From: an uncultured Nitrososphaerota archaeon
GTDB taxonomy: Archaea > Thermoproteota > EX4484-205 > JAAOZO01
DNA length: 35,988 nt
Assembly: GCA_964408285.1 (NCBI GenBank)
Contig: CAYOYV010000016.1
Span: 1-35,988, forward strand
Reading direction: 5' to 3'
Every line of letters starts with the position of its first letter. Within the stretch, counting starts at the first letter, position 1. The notes under the pieces are model-generated. The model was not told the origin of the DNA. It saw nothing but the letters and a program-made list of their open reading frames with translations, and made no database searches. Shown in pieces: positions 16,355 to 24,714 of the stretch. The position numbers and the translations under genes are program-made.

Positions 16355-19300
16355 ATGAAGCCGGAGAGGAGCTTTGGCGGGCTATTTGTAGCCATACTCA
16401 TCCTCTCGTTTTTGGTTGAATCGAAGGTGGCTTTTGGTCAGACGATTACTCTGGCTCCCAATAGCGGCAACGTTGGGGCTTCTGTTACTGTGAATGGACT
16501 GAGCTTCGGGGCGAACAGACAGGTATCCGTGTCGTTTGATGGAGCACGTGTTGGAAATGGGACTACCTCAAGCACGGGGAGCTTCAGCCTTGCTTTCGCC
16601 GTCCCCTCAAGCAGCCGGGGACCACACACGGTATCAGCAGATGACGGAATCTCTTCCGCGAGTGCAACCTTCACGGTCACAAACTCTCTGTCGAGATCTC
16701 CGACAAGTGGCATTGTAGGCACGACAATCACTCTCACCGGATATGGATACTCGGCCTCTGGCGTTATTACCATAAAATGGGACGGAACCGTTCTCGCCAC
16801 CTCTCCGTCCACAGTTGTAACGGACAGCGCAGGTGCGTTCGTCGCAACAGTTCTTGCCCCTCCATGTGAGCCAGTCTCCCATAGCATTGTAGCAAGTGAT
16901 TCCGGGGGATCCGTCACAGTCACTTTCACCATTTCAAGGAGCATTGCCCTATCTCCCAGTCTCGGGCCGGTCGGCACTCTAGCATTAGTGACGGGCTCAG
17001 GTTATCTGGCCTCTAACACGATAATCATAACATTCGATGGTTCCGCGGTTCCAACGACTCCAGCCACCGTCATCAGTGATTTCTACGGTGGATTTGTGGC
17101 ATCGTTCAATGTTCCATCGGTTTCACCAGGAGCCCACACGGTGAGGGGAATTGACAACGTGGGTGGGTCTGCGACCGCCACTTTCACAGTGACTCCTTCG
17201 ATCTCACTCTCCTCATCTTCCGGAAGGGGTGGCACTTCGATAACAGTCACTGGCACAGGATTTGCTTCATCGAACACAGTGGCGATTAGGTTCGATGGGA
17301 ATCTGTTGCTTAATTTTCCGACTGACCTATCTGGGGGATTCAGCGCGACTGTGACAATCCCGCTGGCCCCTGCCGGCGGTCACGTGATTTCGGCGACTGA
17401 TGGTCTTGGTTCAACGGCATCTGCCTCCTTCTCAGTCACCCCATCGATTTCGCTTTCCCCTGCCAACGGAGCAGTTGGAACGATTGTGACTGTCACTGGG
17501 GTTGGCTTTGCTGGAAGTTCCACAGTCACATTGCTATTTGCCGGAAATCCCGTTGTTACGACCCCGACTCCTATCTTGACTGATGCTTTTGGTGGATTCA
17601 TTGCCTCTTTCACTGCACCATTGGCTCCTGCGTCAGGATGGAGTGTCTTAGCCGTTGATGGATCTGGGTTCAGAGCTGCCGCGACATTCACGATAACGCG
17701 CAGGTTGTCCCTTTCGGCAACATCAGGAATCGTTGAGGCAACGATAATCGTGAGGGGAACGGGATTCGCTCCAAGCACCCAGATAGTATTTACGTTTGAT
17801 GGTGCCCCTCTGGCCACGACGCCGTCTCCAGTCACCTCAGACTCCAACGGAAGGTTCAACGCGAGCTTTGCTGTGCCAGAGTCAATCCAAGGAACCCATA
17901 CGATCGTGGTGGATGACCTCTCCGGAGGCATTGCTTCAACAACCTTCACGATTAGCAACTCAATAACCATAAGCCCGACTAGTGGGAACGTCGGCGATAC
18001 CATTGTAGTCGTGGGAAGGGGATTCGCACAGAATTCACTGGTCACCATATCCTATGATGGATCATCTGTTGTAACTGTGCCTGGGTCTGTTGAGACGAAT
18101 TCGTTGGGGAGCTTCTCTGCTTCATTCGCCGCCGTTGCAAGCAGTGCTGGAACCCATACGGTGAGAGCCACGGACTTGTTCGGCAACACCGCAACGGCAA
18201 CGTTCACCGTAATCAGAAAAATCACGCTTTCATCTCGCAGCGGAGCACCTCTTGTGGGAATCACTATCACGGGAGTTGGATTCGCAGGATTGAGTGGGAT
18301 CACCTTGACATGGGATGGAGGCCCGCTGACAGCTCTGCCCTCTCCAATTACAACGAACGCAACAGGTTATTTTCTTGTCATCTTGACTGTGCCTCTGGAT
18401 ACAGCGGGAAAGCATACTGTAGTAGCGACTGACGGAGTAGGCAACACTGCGTCTGACACTTACACAATATCTGCATCGATTTCGGTTACTCCAAGCGGGC
18501 TTAGTGTTGGTGACGAGCTTTGGGTGAGCGGCATCGGATTCTCAGGCTCTTCTACGATGTCGATTACTTGGGACGGCATTCAGGTTTCGACAGAACCTCC
18601 ATCGATTTCGACGGATTCCATTGGAGGTTTCACTGCCTCTTTCCTGATTCCACCTAGTCGCTTCGGTACTCATAGGGTCGTTGCTGTTGACCAATCTGGA
18701 AACTGGTCCTCATCCTCCTATACAATATCCTCCACCTCAGCGATATCCGTCGAGATGGACGTCGGGGCAATTTACTTCAGGGGAGAGGTTGTTGAGTTCT
18801 ATGCCCTTGTTACTCAGAACGGCAAGCCATTCGACGCGTCAACTGTGACCGCGAAGCTCTTCAGACCAGGCGGTGCAATCCAGGATCTCTCTGGAGCCGT
18901 GGTCAGGGTTGACACCGGGACTTACAGGATCGATTATACGGTGCCAGGCGGAGCGGCGCCAGGCACATATGCACTCGTAGTCAATGTGAGCAAGACAATC
19001 AGTGGGGTGTCTTCTTTCGGATCAGATCTAAGGGCATTTGAGATAAGTGACACGTTCGGAAGGATGAATGCCACAATAACAGCCATCAACAATAGGCTGG
19101 CCACGATATCCATTGACATAGGGCCAGTCCTTCTGAAACTGGATGAGGTCAATGCATCAATATCATCGCTCATTACGACCTCAAAGGGAGAGGTCCTGGC
19201 CCAGATATCCAGCACTGCAGGCATTATGACCTCGAAGCTCGACCTCATCAGTGCATCACTCAGCTCAATACAGAACGGGATGGCTACAATCTCCACTTCC

Positions 19301-20113
19301 TTTGGAACTGTCCAAGTGGAACTCACGGCAATAAACGCAAGGATAGATTCGCTCAAAGGCGATATGGCCTTGGTGAGGAGCACGGTGGGCTCCCTCAATG
19401 TTTCGCTGACAAATCTGAACCCTAAGATCTCCTCCATATCGGGGAATGTCCTGACATTGCAGACAGACCTTGGAGTCGTGCACGCGGAATTGGCAGACCT
19501 AAAGGCGAGATCAATAAGTATAGAAAATGGACTCGTTAGGATAGAGACCGGGGTCGGGCGAATCATAGCAGGACTGGAAAAACTGACAGGAATTACATTG
19601 CCGGTGAAGACTCAAGTCAGCACAAAGCTCGTCACGTTGTTCACGGATATGGAATTGACCTCAATAGAATATAGGGAATCGGAGCAAGCCATACGATTCG
19701 TATGTAACAGAGGCGCTCAGAGCTCCGGGGCACTTTCATTTGTCATTACAAGGGACCTGCTGAATGCAGTGGGTTCTTCGATATCAAAGATGAAGATATA
19801 TGAGGGAGGCCAAGAAACGGCTTTCTCATCAATCGAACTGAAGGACGCGTACCTATTGCAGGTAGGTCGGGGATTTGGCCAGCACGAGTTGGTCCTTTAT
19901 CTTAACGGGCTGCCGAGCATTTTCTCTAATCCCCTGTTTCTGTTTGGTGTGCCTGTGCTTCTCCTGGGAGTCTGTGGAATCATTCTCTTCATGAGAAGGA
20001 AGGGGAGGATTCACCCGAGCAAACCTAGAGCATATTGCGGGTACTGCGGGGCCCCTCTGGATACAATAGACGCTTCAAAATGCTCGAAGTGTGGGGCCAG
20101 TCAGATAGACTGA
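16355..20113 (+). CDS. Large secreted, membrane-anchored surface protein: 9 IPT/TIG-like Ig repeats, Ig domain, repetitive stalk, TM helix, cytoplasmic zinc ribbon
   Basis: N-terminal signal peptide; nine ~85-aa repeats LSP.SG.VG..VTVTG.GF....FDG....G.F.A.F.VP....G.HTV.A.D; ~28-aa stalk repeats; TM FLFGVPVLLLGVCGIILFM then RRK; CGYCG....CSKCG at the C-terminus. Confidence 0.85.
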   Translation: MKPERSFGGLFVAILILSFLVESKVAFGQTITLAPNSGNVGASVTVNGLSFGANRQVSVSFDGARVGNGTTSSTGSFSLAFAVPSSSRGPHTVSADDGISSASATFTVTNSLSRSPTSGIVGTTITLTGYGYSASGVITIKWDGTVLATSPSTVVTDSAGAFVATVLAPPCEPVSHSIVASDSGGSVTVTFTISRSIALSPSLGPVGTLALVTGSGYLASNTIIITFDGSAVPTTPATVISDFYGGFVASFNVPSVSPGAHTVRGIDNVGGSATATFTVTPSISLSSSSGRGGTSITVTGTGFASSNTVAIRFDGNLLLNFPTDLSGGFSATVTIPLAPAGGHVISATDGLGSTASASFSVTPSISLSPANGAVGTIVTVTGVGFAGSSTVTLLFAGNPVVTTPTPILTDAFGGFIASFTAPLAPASGWSVLAVDGSGFRAAATFTITRRLSLSATSGIVEATIIVRGTGFAPSTQIVFTFDGAPLATTPSPVTSDSNGRFNASFAVPESIQGTHTIVVDDLSGGIASTTFTISNSITISPTSGNVGDTIVVVGRGFAQNSLVTISYDGSSVVTVPGSVETNSLGSFSASFAAVASSAGTHTVRATDLFGNTATATFTVIRKITLSSRSGAPLVGITITGVGFAGLSGITLTWDGGPLTALPSPITTNATGYFLVILTVPLDTAGKHTVVATDGVGNTASDTYTISASISVTPSGLSVGDELWVSGIGFSGSSTMSITWDGIQVSTEPPSISTDSIGGFTASFLIPPSRFGTHRVVAVDQSGNWSSSSYTISSTSAISVEMDVGAIYFRGEVVEFYALVTQNGKPFDASTVTAKLFRPGGAIQDLSGAVVRVDTGTYRIDYTVPGGAAPGTYALVVNVSKTISGVSSFGSDLRAFEISDTFGRMNATITAINNRLATISIDIGPVLLKLDEVNASISSLITTSKGEVLAQISSTAGIMTSKLDLISASLSSIQNGMATISTSFGTVQVELTAINARIDSLKGDMALVRSTVGSLNVSLTNLNPKISSISGNVLTLQTDLGVVHAELADLKARSISIENGLVRIETGVGRIIAGLEKLTGITLPVKTQVSTKLVTLFTDMELTSIEYRESEQAIRFVCNRGAQSSGALSFVITRDLLNAVGSSISKMKIYEGGQETAFSSIELKDAYLLQVGRGFGQHELVLYLNGLPSIFSNPLFLFGVPVLLLGVCGIILFMRRKGRIHPSKPRAYCGYCGAPLDTIDASKCSKCGASQID
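16442..18730 (+). repeat. Nine tandem ~255-nt coding repeats (IPT/TIG-like domains), diverged at DNA level
   Basis: Repeat starts TITLAPNSG, SLSRSPTSG, SIALSPSLG, SISLSSSSG, SISLSPANG, RLSLSATSG, SITISPTSG, KITLSSRSG, SISVTPSG. Confidence 0.85.
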
Positions 20114-20168
20114 CCGAGTGATCTCGATCTTCCCTGGAAGACTATTCGGATCATAGACAAGGACCGCC

Positions 20169-21779
20169 TCATATCCGGGTAGGAAGGTTCTTGTAAACAT
20201 ACGGGGGTTCCGTCATGTACCCGATCCGATGGTAATACTCCCTTGTTCCTATTGCAGCCATTACGTAGAGCTTCTTCAATCCCCACTCCTCCGCACAAAC
20301 TCTCTCTGCTTCGTGCATCAATAGGGAGCCAAATCCTCTATGTTGGCCAGAGCGTTCATATACCATTCCAAGAGGGGTGGATCGGCCAACGACCTTCAAC
20401 TCCCTGACGATTGCCGAATCTCCATTCCTGAATTGCTTCATGGAACAATCATCCGAAGGCAATCTCAGTCTGAGGTACGCGATCAAGGTGTCCGACATCG
20501 AACCCAAGTATTCAAGGAAGACCTCTCGTCCACCCGACGCGTCGTAGTCAGTCCTCCTCAGTGAGATCTCATCATCGTCATTAATGCCTCCTCGAATGCC
20601 GAATTCCCTGCTTCTCATCTCAAGCGTCGACGAGCCTGTCTGCCTCAGGTATTGCATGGCAGACTCCCTCAGATTACCATGTTTAGGTCCCTCTATGATG
20701 TATTGCGCGGGGATGTCCCGCTGCACCCTCATTAGCCTAAGCCATCTCGGAGCCTTCGACATGACCTCCGCGACAAGTATGGCGGCGCGTTCATCCGTAA
20801 GAGGGGTGTACTCCCCGGACTTGTAGAGTGAGTATAGGCCTGTTCCCTCAATAACAAGCGTTGGATAGATCTTCATCATGTCTGGCTTGAACCTAGTATC
20901 CTGGAATAGGGTCTCGAATCCCTTAATGTCCCTTTCATAGTCCGAGCCGGGCAATCCAGGCATCATATGTACGCAGACCTTCAGCCCGCTATCCTTGCAC
21001 AGCCTGATCGCTCTGATCGAGTCCTCAACAGTGTGTCCCCTTTTGATGAGGCGAAGCACGTCGTCGGAAAGAGATTGAAGTCCTAGTTCCACCCTTGTTG
21101 CCCCTAGGTTCAGCATCGTGGCGACATGCTCTGCTCTGCAGTAGTCCGGCCTCGTCTCAATGGTGAGACCGACGTTCCTCTTGATTGCCTTCTCCGCGAA
21201 CGAATGGGCCTCCTCGATTGATTTCGATTGGATCCCATTTAAAGCATCGAAACACGACTTGATGAACCAACGCTGGTATTCAATTGGAAGACAGGTAAAG
21301 GTTCCGCCCATTATTACCAACTCAACCTTCTGAGTGCTGTGGCCCATTTCCCCAAGCTGATGTAGCCTTTGCGCAACCTGTCTGTGCGGATCGAAGCCAT
21401 TTTGAATTGCTCTCATTGCTGCAGGCTCATGGCCTGTATAGCTCTGCGGAGTATTGAAACTAGGTCCGCCGGGGCAATAGAGGCAGGTTCCGTGCGGACA
21501 TCCAAAAGGGGCGGTCATCGCGGCGACGACTACGACGCCAGATGCGGACCTTGTCCTTTTTATTGACAATTTTTCCTCAACAATAGCTTTTGTCTCCTCA
21601 TCGAGCGCTGACATTATCTCTGGATTCGAGGGGACTCTCTTGAGCTTGTACTTCGATGCAATACTCCTCTTTATGCCCTCGAAATCATCCTTTCCCAACG
21701 ACCGGTTCTTCCTAAGTTCTTGGGCTATTTCTTGCTTGGCTCTTTCATAGAGATTCGACAATGAACCAGTCGTTCCCAA
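20169..21779 (-). CDS. elp3: Elp3 tRNA uridine(34) acetyltransferase (radical SAM + GNAT)
   Basis: CPHGTCLYCPGG, PQSYTGHEPA, KVELVIMGGTF, IETRPDY, RVQRDIP, VRELKVVG, QHRGFG, GTREYY. Confidence 0.96.
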   Translation of the reverse strand: MGTTGSLSNLYERAKQEIAQELRKNRSLGKDDFEGIKRSIASKYKLKRVPSNPEIMSALDEETKAIVEEKLSIKRTRSASGVVVVAAMTAPFGCPHGTCLYCPGGPSFNTPQSYTGHEPAAMRAIQNGFDPHRQVAQRLHQLGEMGHSTQKVELVIMGGTFTCLPIEYQRWFIKSCFDALNGIQSKSIEEAHSFAEKAIKRNVGLTIETRPDYCRAEHVATMLNLGATRVELGLQSLSDDVLRLIKRGHTVEDSIRAIRLCKDSGLKVCVHMMPGLPGSDYERDIKGFETLFQDTRFKPDMMKIYPTLVIEGTGLYSLYKSGEYTPLTDERAAILVAEVMSKAPRWLRLMRVQRDIPAQYIIEGPKHGNLRESAMQYLRQTGSSTLEMRSREFGIRGGINDDDEISLRRTDYDASGGREVFLEYLGSMSDTLIAYLRLRLPSDDCSMKQFRNGDSAIVRELKVVGRSTPLGMVYERSGQHRGFGSLLMHEAERVCAEEWGLKKLYVMAAIGTREYYHRIGYMTEPPYVYKNLPTRI

Positions 21780-21875
21780 AATCGAAACAAATCTAACTTC
21801 CTTTTAACCGTTTGGTCAGCTCGACCGCGAAGCAATCTGTCTGAAATGACCTAGTGGAGGCCCAGACCTATTCGG

Positions 21876-22046
21876 CTATCTTCTATAGCCTCTTGTGCGG
21901 GCTTCTTCTCTTTTCAGAACGATTCTGTTCCTGTAGATTGCCTTAAGTCGAATCCTCGGAATGAGACTCCTTCGTTCGGCCTTGGGCAACTTAGGGGTCA
22001 CTGATCTAACCTTTCCAGCAAGCGTTACGGAACCGTGGGTGACCAA
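21876..22046 (-). CDS. rps30e: 30S ribosomal protein eS30 (S30e), 56 aa, TTG start; not in the ORF track
   Basis: Manual translation MVTHGSVTLAGKVRSVTPKLPKAERRSLIPRIRLKAIYRNRIVLKREEARTRGYRR*; HGS...AGKVR..TPK is the eS30 signature. TTAAAAG box about 30 nt upstream. Confidence 0.93.
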   Translation of the reverse strand: MVTHGSVTLAGKVRSVTPKLPKAERRSLIPRIRLKAIYRNRIVLKREEARTRGYRR

Positions 22047-22295
22047 TTTCGATTGAACATGATTTTTATCAGAGGCTTTTAAGGTTTCCGCCTAGACCTG
22101 AGATCTTTCGTCGGCTCTGTTCTTGACTCGTCCGCTCCTGACCCATTCCGTTTTATTCTTCCTGCCTTTCTTGAGGCGATGCCTTGGCTATCCCTTGTTC
22201 GTTGAAAGGCCTTGCGAATCTTCAGTGGAAAATCATTGTTGGTTTACAGGAGCGTGAGGATAGCAACGCCTATCGCAATGAGAAAGCGGCGAATC

Positions 22296-22311
22296 GTTAT
22301 AACATTATAAC
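22296..22311. promoter_or_regulatory. Palindromic TATA element upstream of nop5
   Basis: GTTATAACATTATAAC, 27-42 nt upstream of ATG 22338; reads as a TATA box on either strand. Confidence 0.55.
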
Positions 22312-22337
22312 CTGCAAGAACACCCGATTCCAACCGA

Positions 22338-23408
22338 ATGGAATCCGCATACTTGACCAGAACCGCATTTGGCATATTCCTGCTTGGCGAGAATATGGAG
22401 ATCGAGATGGCGGCACCCCTGCGAGGAGACAGGCTTCTCGAGAATCAATTGCAGGAGATCAAGAGAAGGAGTCCCGGAATGATCATCGTGGAGGAATCTG
22501 GCCTCATGGCTCAGGTGAGGGAGGTCGGCTTGAACGTAAGACTAGAACAACCATCGGTGGGAGGAAAGTGGGCACGAACTCATCTTAGCGAGCTTTCGGC
22601 GGCACTCAATGTGCGGAATCCGGAAGAACTGATTGCATCGATTGCGGTTGAGGAGTCAACGAGGTCCGTGACGAAAGCCTCTTCGAGTTTGGAACAGGAA
22701 CTGATAAGTGCGGTGTCGGCATATGATACTTTGACGAAATCGATAAACGAGTTGGGAGAGAAGTTGCTCGAATTGAACGACCTCTTTTTTCCCGAACTGA
22801 AGAGAAACGTGAGATCCGTTGAAAAGGCCGCCCAGATACTCAAGGAATATCCATCTAGAGAACTCATCTCTTCCGGGATCGCTGGTGGCAAGGTTCCTCA
22901 AGAGTTGATAGAGGCTGCCGAGAGGTCTCCTTATGCCCTTCCCTCCTCGCAGACAGCGAACGTGATGAGCCAATTCGCGTCCTCAATAATACAACTCGTG
23001 TCCATGAGGGAAACGCTGAACCGCAGGATAACGGAGATAATGGAGAGTGAGGCACCTAATCTCGTAGCGGTAGCTGGTCCGCTTCTTGGATCCAAGCTGA
23101 TTGCAAAGGCAGGAAGCATGATGAACTTGGTCAAGTTGCCTGCTTCATCGATACAGGTCATGGGAGCTGAGAAGGCCCTTTTCAGGTCAATGAAGGAGGG
23201 TACTCGGCCGCCCAAACATGGCTTAATATTCCAACACCCCTCGATCCATGGAGCCCCTAGGAAACTGAGGGGGAAGTCCGCCAGGATAGTAGCCAGTAAG
23301 ATCTCCATTGCCATAAAGCTCGATGTATTCTCAGGTATTGAGCGGGGCGAGGAGCTGAACGCGTCAATCAAGAAAAGACTGGAAGCATTGTCAAGGAGGC
23401 AGAAGTGA
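22338..23408 (+). CDS. nop5: C/D box sRNP protein Nop5 (Nop56/58)
   Basis: FFPEL, APNLVAVAGPLLGSKLIAKAG, PASSIQVMGAEKALF, PPKHGLIFQHP, RGKSAR. Confidence 0.95.
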   Translation: MESAYLTRTAFGIFLLGENMEIEMAAPLRGDRLLENQLQEIKRRSPGMIIVEESGLMAQVREVGLNVRLEQPSVGGKWARTHLSELSAALNVRNPEELIASIAVEESTRSVTKASSSLEQELISAVSAYDTLTKSINELGEKLLELNDLFFPELKRNVRSVEKAAQILKEYPSRELISSGIAGGKVPQELIEAAERSPYALPSSQTANVMSQFASSIIQLVSMRETLNRRITEIMESEAPNLVAVAGPLLGSKLIAKAGSMMNLVKLPASSIQVMGAEKALFRSMKEGTRPPKHGLIFQHPSIHGAPRKLRGKSARIVASKISIAIKLDVFSGIERGEELNASIKKRLEALSRRQK

Positions 23409-23409
23409 A

Positions 23410-24078
23410 GTGAGAGAGATCTTCCCGTCAGTTTTTGAGGATGAAGCAAAAAGGCTCTTGACCAGGAATCTGGCCAAGGGCGCATCGGTCTATGGGGAGG
23501 AGCTCGTTGAGCTCGAAGGAGTCGAGTACAGAGTTTGGGACCCTTTCAGGAGCAAACTCTCGGCATCCATAATGAAGGGGCTGGCCGATCTTCCGATCAC
23601 AGGAGGATCCAAAGTGCTCTATCTGGGTGCTGCGAGTGGAACAACGGTTAGCCATGTTTCGGACATCATTGGAAAGGAGGGGATCGTATTCGCCGTGGAG
23701 GTCGCATTCAGGCCAATGAGATCCCTGCTCGAGAAGGTTGCGACAAAGAGGCATAATGTGGTTCCGATTCTGGCAGACGCCAGAGACAATTTCAGCTACA
23801 CGAAGTTCATGGAGGAAGTCGATTGTGTCTATTCTGACGTTGCGCAACCGGATCAAACAGAAATCCTACTCGCGAATGCTAAGGCATTCATCAGACCGAG
23901 AGGCCACATCATGATGGCAATAAAGGCTAGTAGCATCGATTCAGTTAAACCACCTGGACAGATCTATGAGCAAGAGGTCCGGAAGCTTGAGGACTCCGCG
24001 ATTGGCGTGATTCAGAGACTCGATCTCGATCCCTTTGATAGGGCACATCAGATGATATTGGGAGAATGGACAGACTGA
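23410..24078 (+). CDS. flpA: Fibrillarin-like rRNA/tRNA 2'-O-methyltransferase
   Basis: VYGE, EYRVWDPFRSKL, VLYLGAASGTTVSHVSDI, DVAQPDQ; 1 nt after nop5. Confidence 0.97.
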   Translation: MREIFPSVFEDEAKRLLTRNLAKGASVYGEELVELEGVEYRVWDPFRSKLSASIMKGLADLPITGGSKVLYLGAASGTTVSHVSDIIGKEGIVFAVEVAFRPMRSLLEKVATKRHNVVPILADARDNFSYTKFMEEVDCVYSDVAQPDQTEILLANAKAFIRPRGHIMMAIKASSIDSVKPPGQIYEQEVRKLEDSAIGVIQRLDLDPFDRAHQMILGEWTD

Positions 24079-24707
24079 GGATATCCGGAACTGATGAGGC
24101 CGGGAGGGGTTGCGTGATAGGCCCCCTCGCAATTGCCACTGTCGTCCTCAGCAGGAAATCTGCGAGGAAGTTGAGAGCCCTTGGCGCAAAGGATTCCAAG
24201 AAATTGTCGCCGAGGAGAAGGGGCGAGCTAGCTCCCATTGTGAAGCACCTCTCTCGATCCTTCCGATTGACCCTGGTTGCTCCTGCTCTGATAGACAAGT
24301 ATGTTCTGAGATCGCAGAAATTCAAGACTTTGAACAAGCTTGAGGCAGAGGTCATAGCCTCTCATCTCGCCGCCCTCAGGCCGAGGAGGGCATATTTGGA
24401 TTCTCCGTATCCAGATCCTAGGGTGTTTGCAAGGATGGTCCGATCCGGATTGCCGAAACACATGAGGGTCCAGATAATGTCTGAGAACAAGGCAGATGAG
24501 AATAGAATTGAGGTATCATGTGCATCCATACTGGCGAAGGTGAGCAGGGACAAAGCGATAGCTGACCTGAAACGGGCATTTGGAGACTTCGGGAGCGGGT
24601 ATCCTTCAGATGTGAGAACGAGGGCTTTTCTTCAATCTGTAACCAGGGATTCTGGGATTGCTCAGCATCTGAGATGGAGTTGGAAAACCTGGCAAAGATT
24701 GGTATGA
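24066..24707 (+). CDS. rnhB: Ribonuclease HII
   Basis: GTDEAGRGCVIGPL, DSKKL, KAD, ASILAKVSRD, GSGYPSD, R.SW.T. Confidence 0.95.
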   Translation: MDRLRISGTDEAGRGCVIGPLAIATVVLSRKSARKLRALGAKDSKKLSPRRRGELAPIVKHLSRSFRLTLVAPALIDKYVLRSQKFKTLNKLEAEVIASHLAALRPRRAYLDSPYPDPRVFARMVRSGLPKHMRVQIMSENKADENRIEVSCASILAKVSRDKAIADLKRAFGDFGSGYPSDVRTRAFLQSVTRDSGIAQHLRWSWKTWQRLV

Positions 24708-24714
24708 CTTGTCT

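Noticed and set aside
16438-19566. Long antisense ORFs (179, 222, 210 aa) inside the surface-protein gene
   Set aside because: Antisense mirrors of a Ser/Thr/Gly/Val-rich repeat gene with few reverse stops.
22221-22231. ORB-like word TTCAGTGGAAA
   Set aside because: Single imperfect copy, no G-string or AT-rich unwinding element, 18 kb from cdc6.
22184-22588. 134-aa plus-strand ORF
   Set aside because: Out-of-frame overlap with nop5 and spans its promoter; no motif.
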